Source: Acidothermus cellulolyticus 11B
GTDB taxonomy: Bacteria > Actinomycetota > Actinomycetes > Acidothermales > Acidothermaceae
Direction of reading: 5' to 3'
DNA length: 32,000 bases
Assembly: GCF_000015025.1 (NCBI RefSeq)
Contig: NC_008578.1
Span: 750,001 to 782,000 of the forward strand
A program made the position numbers and the translations under genes. This document shows, in pieces, positions 11,799 to 19,455 of this stretch. The notes under the pieces are model-generated. The model had not been told where the DNA came from. It saw nothing but the letters and a program-made list of their open reading frames with translations, and did no database searches. Positions within the stretch are counted from its first letter, which is position 1. The number at the start of each line of letters is the position of its first letter.

Positions 11799-12725
11799 AT
11801 GAGCGAGGCCGAGGTCCACGTCTGGGTGCCCTACCCGGAAATGGCGGCGGATCTGCGCGGTCTGTCAGCGCGGCTGCGGGTCGGCCTTTTCACCGGAACA
11901 GAGAGTCCCGCCGACGTGCCGGAGCCGCACATTCTCGTGGCGCCGTACACCCTCGGCACGAAAAAACTTGCGGCGGCGCTGCGGTCACCCCGGCTGCGGG
12001 TCATCCAGCTTCTGACCGCCGGTTACGAGCAGGTGGCGCCGCTGGTTCCCGACGGTGTCCTCCTCTGCAACGCGCGCGGCGTCCATGACGCGAGCACGGC
12101 GGAACTCGCCGTCGCGTTGATGCTGGCCGCGCTGCGCGGAATTCCCGATTTCGTTCGAGCGCAGCAAACCGGAGAGTGGCGGCATGCCACGTATCCCTCG
12201 CTGGCGGACCGCACCGTGTTGATCCTCGGTTACGGATCCATCGGCGAGGCGTTGGAGCGCCGTCTCGCCGGCTTCGAGGTACGCATCCTGCGGGTCGCCC
12301 GGCGGCCCCGCCCCGGAGTCCACGGCATCGAGGAGGTCTGGGGTTTGCTCGGCGAAGCGGACGTGGTCGTCGTCCTCACCCCACTGACCGCCGAGACCAG
12401 GCATCTCGTTGACGAGAAATTCCTGGCGCGGATGCGGCCTGGTGCGCTGCTGGTCAACGTCGCTCGCGGGGCGGTGGTGGACACCGAGGCGCTGGTGCAT
12501 GCTGTTGCGGCAGGACGCATTCGCGCCGCCCTCGACGTGACAGATCCCGAGCCGCTCCCGCCGGACCATCCCCTCTGGCGGCTCCCCGGGGTGCTGATTT
12601 CGCCGCACGTCGGCGGGGACACCACCGCGTTTCTCCCGCGCGCCCGGCAACTCATCGTCGACCAGATTTCGCGGTACCTGAACGGCGAACCGCTGCGTAA
12701 CGTTGTCGCCGGTGACACTGATTGA
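11799..12725 (+). CDS. D-isomer-specific 2-hydroxyacid dehydrogenase family protein
   Basis: 308 aa. NAD-binding LILGYGSIGEALERRL and the catalytic region NVARG...ALDVTDPEP...SPHVGG. Confidence 0.85.
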   Translation: MSEAEVHVWVPYPEMAADLRGLSARLRVGLFTGTESPADVPEPHILVAPYTLGTKKLAAALRSPRLRVIQLLTAGYEQVAPLVPDGVLLCNARGVHDASTAELAVALMLAALRGIPDFVRAQQTGEWRHATYPSLADRTVLILGYGSIGEALERRLAGFEVRILRVARRPRPGVHGIEEVWGLLGEADVVVVLTPLTAETRHLVDEKFLARMRPGALLVNVARGAVVDTEALVHAVAAGRIRAALDVTDPEPLPPDHPLWRLPGVLISPHVGGDTTAFLPRARQLIVDQISRYLNGEPLRNVVAGDTD

Positions 12726-12794
12726 GCGGTGATGTCGCACGCCTGAGCCGGGCGTCGGCCGCCCGTGTGCGCAGCAGGGAACACCTCCATCACT

Positions 12795-12833
12795 GGGACT
12801 TTCGTCCCGAGTGAAGTCCGTGACGCTCGGGAC
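12795..12833 (+). promoter_or_regulatory. Two mutually exclusive hairpins in the por leader region
   Basis: GGGAC-TTTC-GTCCC (12795-12808) shares its 3' arm with GTCCCGAG-N14-CTCGGGAC (12804-12833). Both stems are perfect. Confidence 0.3.
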
Positions 12834-12969
12834 CTACGGCTCTGGGCGCTGGAGATCGGCGAACCGGAGACTGATGGTGTCAACAGGCGGCGATGGATCG
12901 TCGACGAGGCCGTGTCGGCGCCGTCTGTTCAGGCGCAGCCGATCGTGTGCGGCGGGAGGCGAAGATGGC

Positions 12970-13554
12970 ATGTGGCAGATTCGGGTGCACGGTAGGGGCG
13001 GACAAGGCGTCGTCACCGCGGCTGAGCTGCTCGCCGATGCAGCCTTTCGCGACGGATACGAGGTACAGGCTTTTCCCAGTTTCGGTTCCGAGCGGATGGG
13101 CGCCCCGGTAACGGCGTACTGTCGCTTGGACACACTGCCGATCCGTATCCGAGAGCCTGTCGTTGACGCCGATGCTCTTCTTGTCATTGACGCATCGTTG
13201 TTGCGTCTGCCGGAGACGCTCGCGGGGTTGAGGACGGGCGGGTGGGTTCTCGTGAATTCCGCTCGACCTCCGCAGCAGCTCGGCGTGACATCCACGGCGT
13301 CCTCCGACGTACACATTCGTTGGGCGACGGTGCCGGCGACGGCGCTGGCCCGACGCTATCTGGGACGTGCGGTGCCCAACGCGCCAATGCTCGGCGCTTT
13401 TGCAGCACTTACCCGACTGGTCTCGTTGACGGCAATTGAGGACGCACTGTCGGATCGCTTCACGGCCCCTATCGCTGAGCAGAATATCCAGGCGGCCCGT
13501 GCAGCCTTTGCTTCTCTTCAGCAGGTGGTGACGAGCGATGCGCAGTCAGCGTGA
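12970..13554 (+). CDS. porG: 2-oxoacid:ferredoxin oxidoreductase, gamma subunit
   Basis: 194 aa from ATG 12970, with GGGAGG at 12954-12959. Motifs IRVHGRGGQGVVTAAELLADAA and FPSFGSERMGAPV. Many A/T-ending codons. Confidence 0.85.
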   Translation: MWQIRVHGRGGQGVVTAAELLADAAFRDGYEVQAFPSFGSERMGAPVTAYCRLDTLPIRIREPVVDADALLVIDASLLRLPETLAGLRTGGWVLVNSARPPQQLGVTSTASSDVHIRWATVPATALARRYLGRAVPNAPMLGAFAALTRLVSLTAIEDALSDRFTAPIAEQNIQAARAAFASLQQVVTSDAQSA

Positions 13555-14728
13555 AGCCTCCCGGGCCATAGCCGAGGTGGTCGGTCGATGCCGTCCGCAG
13601 GTCGTTCCCGCTTATCCGATCACTCCGCAGACCCACATCGTGGAAGCACTCGGCGCCATGATCCGGGCCGGCACCCTTTCGCCGTGCGTCTTTCTTACCG
13701 TCGAATCAGAATTCGCGGCGATGTCAGCGGCGATCGGTGCCTCGTTCGCCGGATCCCGCACATACACCGCGACTGCCAGTCAAGGGCTTCTGTACATGGC
13801 TGAAGCGCTGTTCAACGCGTCCGGTTTAGGGGCACCGATCGTCATGACGGTCGCCAATCGCGCGGTCGGTGCGCCGATCAACATTTGGAACGATCAGAGC
13901 GATGCGATGAGCCTGCGGGATTGCGGCTGGATCCAGCTCTACGCCCCGGACAATCAAGCTGCGGTCGACCTGCATGTTCTGGCGTTCCGCGTCGCGGAGG
14001 CTCTCTCACTTCCGGTCATGGTGTGCATGGACGGTTTCGTCCTCACCCACGCCTTCGAACCATTGGCTGTTCCGACACAAGCCCAGGTCGACAATTTTCT
14101 TCCTCCCTTTCGGCCGCGGCAGGTTCTCGATCCCGGCGATCCGGTGACCATCGGTGCCATGGTCGGCCCGGAGGCCTTCACCGAGGTGAAGTATCTCTCG
14201 GCGCAGCGGCTCGACGCGGCGGTGAACGTGTTCGAGTGGTTCGCACAGGAATACGCCGAGATAACCGGCCGCCGTTATCACGCGGTGGAAAGCTACCGCA
14301 TCGAACACGCGGACACGGTTGTTGTCGCCCTTGGTTCGGCGGCGGGAACGTTGTACGAGCTTGCAGACGCAGTCCCTGGTGTCGGGGTTCTTGTCATCAC
14401 GATGTATCGCCCATTTCCGGCGCGGGTCGTCCGGGGACTTCTCGCCGCAGCCCGACGCGTCATCGTGCTCGAACGCGCCTTTGCACCGGGAGCCGGCGGC
14501 ATCGTCACCGCCGATGTGCGTGCCGCGGTCGCCGGAACGAGCGCGATGGTGCATACCGTCATTGGGGGACTGGGTGGACGTCCGATCCGGCTGGCCTCGT
14601 TGCGCGCCGTGGTAACCGCCGATGCGCTTCCGGATATTCATTTCCTCGATCTACGCGAGGACGTCGTTCGCCGTGAATGGGAGCGGGATCCCACGGTCTC
14701 GGCGATGGAGGTGCGCCATGTCCGCTGA
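13538..14728 (+). CDS. porA: 2-oxoacid:ferredoxin oxidoreductase, alpha subunit
   Basis: 396 aa, overlapping porG by 17 nt. Motifs AYPITPQT, ESEFAAMSAAIGASFAG and TATASQGLLYM. Confidence 0.9.
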   Translation: MRSQREASRAIAEVVGRCRPQVVPAYPITPQTHIVEALGAMIRAGTLSPCVFLTVESEFAAMSAAIGASFAGSRTYTATASQGLLYMAEALFNASGLGAPIVMTVANRAVGAPINIWNDQSDAMSLRDCGWIQLYAPDNQAAVDLHVLAFRVAEALSLPVMVCMDGFVLTHAFEPLAVPTQAQVDNFLPPFRPRQVLDPGDPVTIGAMVGPEAFTEVKYLSAQRLDAAVNVFEWFAQEYAEITGRRYHAVESYRIEHADTVVVALGSAAGTLYELADAVPGVGVLVITMYRPFPARVVRGLLAAARRVIVLERAFAPGAGGIVTADVRAAVAGTSAMVHTVIGGLGGRPIRLASLRAVVTADALPDIHFLDLREDVVRREWERDPTVSAMEVRHVR

Positions 14729-15701
14729 CAACGGACGGTCCCTTTCGCTGACAACCCGCACGGCTGGCGGCAGACTGGTTCCCCCCGCGCGGCGTGCGGA
14801 ACAGGCTAATCCACACCGACGCAACGCACTGACCTCGGGTCACCGCGCCTGCCAGGGATGCGGAGTTGCTCTCGCTGCTCGTACCGTCGTTGATGCTGCG
14901 TACCGCGCCTCCGGGGGAAAACTCGTTGTCGTGACAGCAACCGGATGTCTTGAGGTGTTCTCAACACCCTATCCGGAGAGCGCGTGGCGGGTTCCTTGGT
15001 TGCACTCGTTGTTCGCTAATGCGGCATCGGTGGCAAGCGGTGTGGCGGCCGCGCTGTACGCCCAGGGACGGGAGGACGTTCGAGTCCTTGCGCAGGGCGG
15101 GGACGGAGCGACCGTCGACATCGGCCTCGCCTGCCTCTCCGGCATGTTCGAACGAGGCGATGACGTCCTGTATGTGTGTTACGACAACGAGGCGTATATG
15201 AATACCGGCATTCAGCGCTCGGGTGCGACACCGCCATATGCGCGGACCGCAACAACGGAAGCGGTCGGAGACGAGCCGGGAAATCCGCCTGGGACGGGAA
15301 AGGACTTGCCGCGTATCGCGCTCGCGCACAGCATTCCCTACGTAGCGACGGCGACCATAGGCGATATTCACGACCTTGAGGCCAAAGTGGTGAACGCGAT
15401 GGGTGTGCGTGGAGCCCGATACCTGCACGTCCTGACACCCTGTCCCCTTGGTTGGGGGAGCGGACCTGCTGAGACGATCGCATTGGCCCGCCTTGCCCAG
15501 CGTTCCGGTTTGTTCCCGGTTTTCGAAGCACGGGACGGGGAAATCACCTCGGTGCTTCCGATTCGGCGGCCGGTTCCGGTCGAGGAGTACCTCCGGCCGC
15601 AACGCCGATTCGCCCATCTGTTCGCCGATCCGGACCGTCGCCTGCTCACCAGGTTGCAGGAATTCGCCGACAGCACGAAGGCGCGGTACGGCTTGATGTG
15701 A
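14718..15701 (+). CDS. porB: 2-oxoacid:ferredoxin oxidoreductase, beta (TPP and [4Fe-4S]) subunit
   Basis: 327 aa from ATG 14718, overlapping the porA stop. Cys motif GHRACQGCG...ATGC and TPP motif GGDGATVDIG...YDNEAYMNTG. Confidence 0.9.
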   Translation: MSADNGRSLSLTTRTAGGRLVPPARRAEQANPHRRNALTSGHRACQGCGVALAARTVVDAAYRASGGKLVVVTATGCLEVFSTPYPESAWRVPWLHSLFANAASVASGVAAALYAQGREDVRVLAQGGDGATVDIGLACLSGMFERGDDVLYVCYDNEAYMNTGIQRSGATPPYARTATTEAVGDEPGNPPGTGKDLPRIALAHSIPYVATATIGDIHDLEAKVVNAMGVRGARYLHVLTPCPLGWGSGPAETIALARLAQRSGLFPVFEARDGEITSVLPIRRPVPVEEYLRPQRRFAHLFADPDRRLLTRLQEFADSTKARYGLM

Positions 15702-15710
15702 AGGGGGTGC

Positions 15711-17345
15711 GTGATGGATTTACCGTTCGCGGTGAGTCTTGCACCGGCTTCGAGCAGATCGAACCACACGGGTACGTGGCGCACCGATCGACCCGTCTAT
15801 ATCGATGCCTGGCCGCCGTGTAATGCGGCATGTCCCGCTGGTGAATCCGTCCAGGGGTGGCTTTACCACGCCGCAGCAGGCGATTGGGAGATCGCCTGGC
15901 GCCAGCTTGTCGCAGTGAATCCGTTTCCGGCCGTCATGGGACGGGTCTGCTATCACCCGTGCGAGGCGCGGTGCAATCGCCGGGAATTCGATGAGGCCGT
16001 CGCCATCAATGCGGTCGAACAATTCCTTGGAGATGAGGCGCTGCGCCGTGGTTGGCGCCTGCCGTCACCCGGTGCACCGACAGGTCATCGTGTGCTGATC
16101 GTCGGTGCCGGGCCGGCAGGTCTTGCTGCGGCGTATCACCTGCGGTTGCTCGGACATGAGGTGGAGCTTCACGACGCCGAAGCCGAGCCCGGTGGGATGA
16201 TGCGCTACGCCATCCCGACGTTCCGGCTCTCCCGTCGAGTCCTCGACGCAGAAATTGAACGCGTCCTCGAGTTGGGAATTCACTACCATCCGCGGTCACG
16301 GATTTCCGACCTCAGCGCCGTCAGCGGATATGACGCCATATTCGTAGCCGTCGGTGCTCAGCGTCCGCATCGGGTCCAACTCCCCGCCGATCCTGCGGCG
16401 CGGATTCTCGACGCGTTGGACCTGCTCCGGCGTACCGCGCAAGGCGAACGGCCGGGATTAGGGCGGCGGGTCGCCGTCTACGGCGGCGGCAATACCGCGA
16501 TGGACGCTGCGCGCACCGCGAAACGCCTCGGCGCTGACGAGGTGGTCGTCGTGTACCGACGCACCCGGGAGCGCATGCCCGCTCACGACACAGAGGTGGC
16601 CGAGGCCGTCGAGGAAGGGGTGGCTTTCGAGTGGTTGTCGACGGTGACCCACGTGGAGCCGGGAAGCCTTCGCCTGGAACGAATGGAGCTCGACGCAGCC
16701 GGGAAACCTCGACCAACCGGGCGGTTTGTCGCGCGTCCGGCGGACACTCTGATCCTCGCCTTGGGACAGGAGGTGGACGCCGGGCTGCTGCGTGCGTTGC
16801 CGGGCGTGCGTTGTGCCGACGGCGGCGTGGCGGTGGACGCGTCCCTCATGACCGGAGCGGCCGGCGTCTTTGCCGGCGGGGACATGATTCCTGGTGAACG
16901 CACCGTCACTGCCGCGATCGGTCACGGGCGACGGGCCGCGCTCTCCATCGACGCGTGGCTCCGGGGGCGGCAACCGCCGTCCGAACCGCTTCGGGAATCG
17001 GCCGCTTTCGCGTCACTGAACACGTGGTACTACGACGAATCACCCGCGGCACAGCGCAACCGCCTGCCACGAGCCCGCCGGCTCGGGGGGTTTGGCGAGG
17101 TGGTTCGCGGACTTGACCCGGCACACGCGTTGGCCGAGGCCCGACGATGCTTCTCCTGCGGCAATTGCTTCCAGTGCGACAACTGCTACGCCGTCTGCCC
17201 CGACGCGGCGGTTCTCAAGGTCGAGTCCGGGCACGGCTATGCGATCGACCTCGATTACTGCAAGGGATGCGGGTTATGCGTCGCCGAGTGTCCGGTGGGT
17301 GCCATTCGCACGGTGCCCGAACCGGGCACCGAGGTCGATGCATGA
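15711..17345 (+). CDS. Fusion protein: PorD-like N-terminal arm, GltD/NfnB-like NAD(P)H-FAD oxidoreductase and a C-terminal 2x[4Fe-4S] ferredoxin domain
   Basis: 544 aa from GTG 15711 (ATG 15714 is 6 nt after AAGGGGG). Motifs: HTGTWRTDRPV (PorD arm); PPCNAACPAGE and GRVCYHPCEARCNR (GltD-type Fe-S domain); VLIVGAGPAGLAAAYHL; GGMMRYAIPTFRL; VAVYGGGNTAMDAARTAKRLGA; VFAGGDM; C-terminal CFSCGNCFQCDNCYAVCP and DYCKGCGLCVAECP. Confidence 0.85.
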   Translation: MMDLPFAVSLAPASSRSNHTGTWRTDRPVYIDAWPPCNAACPAGESVQGWLYHAAAGDWEIAWRQLVAVNPFPAVMGRVCYHPCEARCNRREFDEAVAINAVEQFLGDEALRRGWRLPSPGAPTGHRVLIVGAGPAGLAAAYHLRLLGHEVELHDAEAEPGGMMRYAIPTFRLSRRVLDAEIERVLELGIHYHPRSRISDLSAVSGYDAIFVAVGAQRPHRVQLPADPAARILDALDLLRRTAQGERPGLGRRVAVYGGGNTAMDAARTAKRLGADEVVVVYRRTRERMPAHDTEVAEAVEEGVAFEWLSTVTHVEPGSLRLERMELDAAGKPRPTGRFVARPADTLILALGQEVDAGLLRALPGVRCADGGVAVDASLMTGAAGVFAGGDMIPGERTVTAAIGHGRRAALSIDAWLRGRQPPSEPLRESAAFASLNTWYYDESPAAQRNRLPRARRLGGFGEVVRGLDPAHALAEARRCFSCGNCFQCDNCYAVCPDAAVLKVESGHGYAIDLDYCKGCGLCVAECPVGAIRTVPEPGTEVDA

Positions 17346-17383
17346 CGGGTAGCGACGGAATCACGCCGGAGGCCGCCGCACGG

Positions 17384-17402
17384 TGCGCGCCCCATGCGCG
17401 CA
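17384..17402 (+). terminator. Candidate stem-loop downstream of the por operon (no T tract)
   Basis: TGCGCGC-CCCAT-GCGCGCA, a 7-bp perfect stem 39 nt after the stop of the fusion gene. Confidence 0.3.
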
Positions 17403-17411
17403 ACAGGACCG

Positions 17412-17462
17412 TTGAACGGGGCGTCGCTGCGTAACGTTGTGACTGGGGACGACGCCGGGTAG
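17412..17462 (+). pseudogene. Ghost 3' end of a 2-hydroxyacid dehydrogenase gene (last 16 codons plus stop)
   Basis: 17412-17462 translates to LNGASLRNVVTGDDAG*, compared with LNGEPLRNVVAGDTD* at the end of the intact gene. In an ungapped alignment, 17413-17452 matches 12679-12718 at 30 of 40 nt, including a perfect 16-mer CGCTGCGTAACGTTGT. Similarity is lost upstream of 17412. Confidence 0.5.
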
Positions 17463-17490
17463 GTCGGCTGTCCCCTCGGGCCCGGCACGG

Positions 17491-19455
17491 ATGGGAGAGC
17501 GCGTGTCCAGGGCAGCGACGGAATTCGGCGAATTCGCCGCGAGCTTCGCGGATCCGCTGTTCCGGCTCGGCTATCTCCTGGTGTGCGCGGAACCGACCCC
17601 GTCGCTGCCTGACGTGACCCTCGCCCGGACGGTGACCGTCCGGGCGCTGCTCGCTACCCGCCGGCATTGGCGTGACGTGGCGTCCGGCGCCGCGCCGGAG
17701 AGCCTGGCCGTGGCGGCGTTGTTCCGAGCAGTATCCCGACCCCGCCGTACCCCGTCTGCCAGTCGATCGGCGGCTGGCGCCCAGCCCGCCGTCCGTGCCG
17801 GCGACCGGCTGCACGCCGTCGGTGTCAGCGACCCCCGGGCGGGTCTCGGGGCGCCGGTGGCGGCGCCGTCCGACGACGACGCCGAGCTGCGACGCGCACT
17901 CGATGCCATGTGGTGCTCGCTGTCACCGGCGGCACGCGCCGTCTTCCTCGCCGAGCACGGCGTCTCCCTCTTCCATTGGATGGCCGACCTCGACCTTCCC
18001 GACGTCTTCGGCCACCGGCGGCGGGCGAAGCACTCCGCCGAATGGCAGGCCGCCTGGACCGGCCTCCTGCGCCAGGCGGGCACGCGGGGCGGTGCGGACG
18101 TCGACCAGCTCCTCCGTGCTGTCCTGGCCGAGCGGGCGGCCTGGCCCCCAACGCCGCCGGGCGTCGTGCCGGAGGTCGAGCAGCGGCAACGGGTCCGCGT
18201 CCGATGGACCGCCGCGGTCGGTGCGACGCTCGTCCTGGCACTGGTCGCCGGCGGTCTTGCCTTCGCCCGCCCGCAGACCGCCACACAGCGCGCCGGTCAG
18301 CACCATCCAACGGCTGCGCCGGCCTCTGCCGGTCCCATCGTCAACTGGCCGGTCCGCGGCAACGCGGCCGCCGTCGACCTCGTCGTCCAGCTGCGGGCGC
18401 AATTCGCCCGGGACCATCCGGACGCCTATGGGCCGGTGCAGGTTCTCCTGGTCGCGGACGTTCCGTGGTTCCGCCTCGCCTATGTGGTCGCGAGAACGGC
18501 AAGCGGTGTCGTCAACGCGTGGTACTACGGGCCGGCCGGCTCCCAAGACCTCCAGCAAGGCTATGTCTCCTACGGTCAGCCGCTCGCGGCGCCCGAGGGT
18601 TCCCCGTCCCCGACGGCTCCCGAGGGTTCCCCGTCCGCGACGGCTCCCGCTGTGGTCGCTGCAGCGCTTGCGGATCCGAGCGGCCATGTCGCTCTCGTCG
18701 CCCTGACCGCCCCCCAGCTCCTCAGCGGGGAGCTCCGCACCGGCACCACTACGCTGCCGACGCGGCTGGCCGCGTCCGACGGCGCGATCGTGGCGGACAT
18801 CAGTGCGGTGTACGCGCCAGGGGAGACGCTCCGGCTCATTGCCGGCGGCCGGACGGTCTGGGAGGGCCCGCTCGCCCTCTTGCAGCTGGCGGCCCGCCCC
18901 ACCGCCTCGGCACTGGCCCGGTTCCCCGGCGGTCAGGGAGCGGAACTCATCCCCGTCCAGCGGGGCACCGCCAACACCCCCGAACTCTTCCGTGCCCTGC
19001 AGATCCTGGACGCCTGGCGGCGCACCGGGGAGCTGGCGTCGTCCGCCGAGCCCACTGTGCTCTGGGGCGGGGCTGACGGCGAAGGCACCCAGCTCCTCAT
19101 CCTGCGGGCCAAAACCCTGCACCGGCCGGACCTGCTCATCGTCGTCTGGGGAGCGGCCCCGGAGGCGGCCGGGGAGTATCTCCTGCGCCCGGACCTCCCC
19201 GACTATCCGCTGGCGTTCAGCTATCTCGGGGCCGGCGGCAACCGGATCGGCGTCCTCACTCCCCTGGGGGTGACCAGTGTGGGCTTGTACGTCCGGGGGG
19301 CTGTGCGCATGACCGCCCCGGTGGATGCGACCGGCTTTGCCACGCTGCCCGCGGTGGTCGAACCGACCAGCCTTGGCGACGGGTACGCCTCGCTGATCCT
19401 GTACGACGCCCAGGGCAAGGACGTCGGTCGGGTCGCGGTTCCACCGCCGGTGTGA
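17491..19455 (+). CDS. Hypothetical single-pass membrane protein with a degenerate ECF-sigma-like N-terminal region
   Basis: 654 aa with an ATG start. GC3 is about 83% by hand count over the first 60 codons, consistent with this frame being the coding one. The antisense 551-aa ORF is Arg/Gly-rich shadow. One TM segment (WTAAVGATLVLALVAGGLAFA). The N-terminus (FGEFAASFADPLFRLGYLL...RRHWRDV, then LSPAARAVFLAEH) loosely follows a sigma region-2 / region-4 pattern. Confidence 0.7.
   Translation: MGERVSRAATEFGEFAASFADPLFRLGYLLVCAEPTPSLPDVTLARTVTVRALLATRRHWRDVASGAAPESLAVAALFRAVSRPRRTPSASRSAAGAQPAVRAGDRLHAVGVSDPRAGLGAPVAAPSDDDAELRRALDAMWCSLSPAARAVFLAEHGVSLFHWMADLDLPDVFGHRRRAKHSAEWQAAWTGLLRQAGTRGGADVDQLLRAVLAERAAWPPTPPGVVPEVEQRQRVRVRWTAAVGATLVLALVAGGLAFARPQTATQRAGQHHPTAAPASAGPIVNWPVRGNAAAVDLVVQLRAQFARDHPDAYGPVQVLLVADVPWFRLAYVVARTASGVVNAWYYGPAGSQDLQQGYVSYGQPLAAPEGSPSPTAPEGSPSATAPAVVAAALADPSGHVALVALTAPQLLSGELRTGTTTLPTRLAASDGAIVADISAVYAPGETLRLIAGGRTVWEGPLALLQLAARPTASALARFPGGQGAELIPVQRGTANTPELFRALQILDAWRRTGELASSAEPTVLWGGADGEGTQLLILRAKTLHRPDLLIVVWGAAPEAAGEYLLRPDLPDYPLAFSYLGAGGNRIGVLTPLGVTSVGLYVRGAVRMTAPVDATGFATLPAVVEPTSLGDGYASLILYDAQGKDVGRVAVPPPV
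18592..18645 (+). repeat. In-frame 27-bp tandem duplication inside the 654-aa CDS
   Basis: CCCGAGGGTTCCCCGTCCCCGACGGCT and CCCGAGGGTTCCCCGTCCGCGACGGCT match at 26 of 27 positions. They encode PEGSPSPTA and PEGSPSATA. Confidence 0.85.

Noticed and set aside
10218-11819. 533-aa - strand ORF opposite gatB
   Set aside because: Shadow ORF. gatB is unambiguous on the + strand.
12765-12995. 76-aa ORF in the gap before porG
   Set aside because: Its composition is not obviously nonsense and its GC3 resembles the island. However, I see no RBS and no recognisable motif, and it overlaps the porG RBS and start. It is left unannotated and would need proteomic or conservation evidence.
12726-17490. Mobile-element genes (integrase, transposase, inverted repeats) at the island edges
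   Set aside because: No such ORF is present in any frame, and I found no terminal inverted repeats. Only the direct 3'-end duplication supports an insertion.
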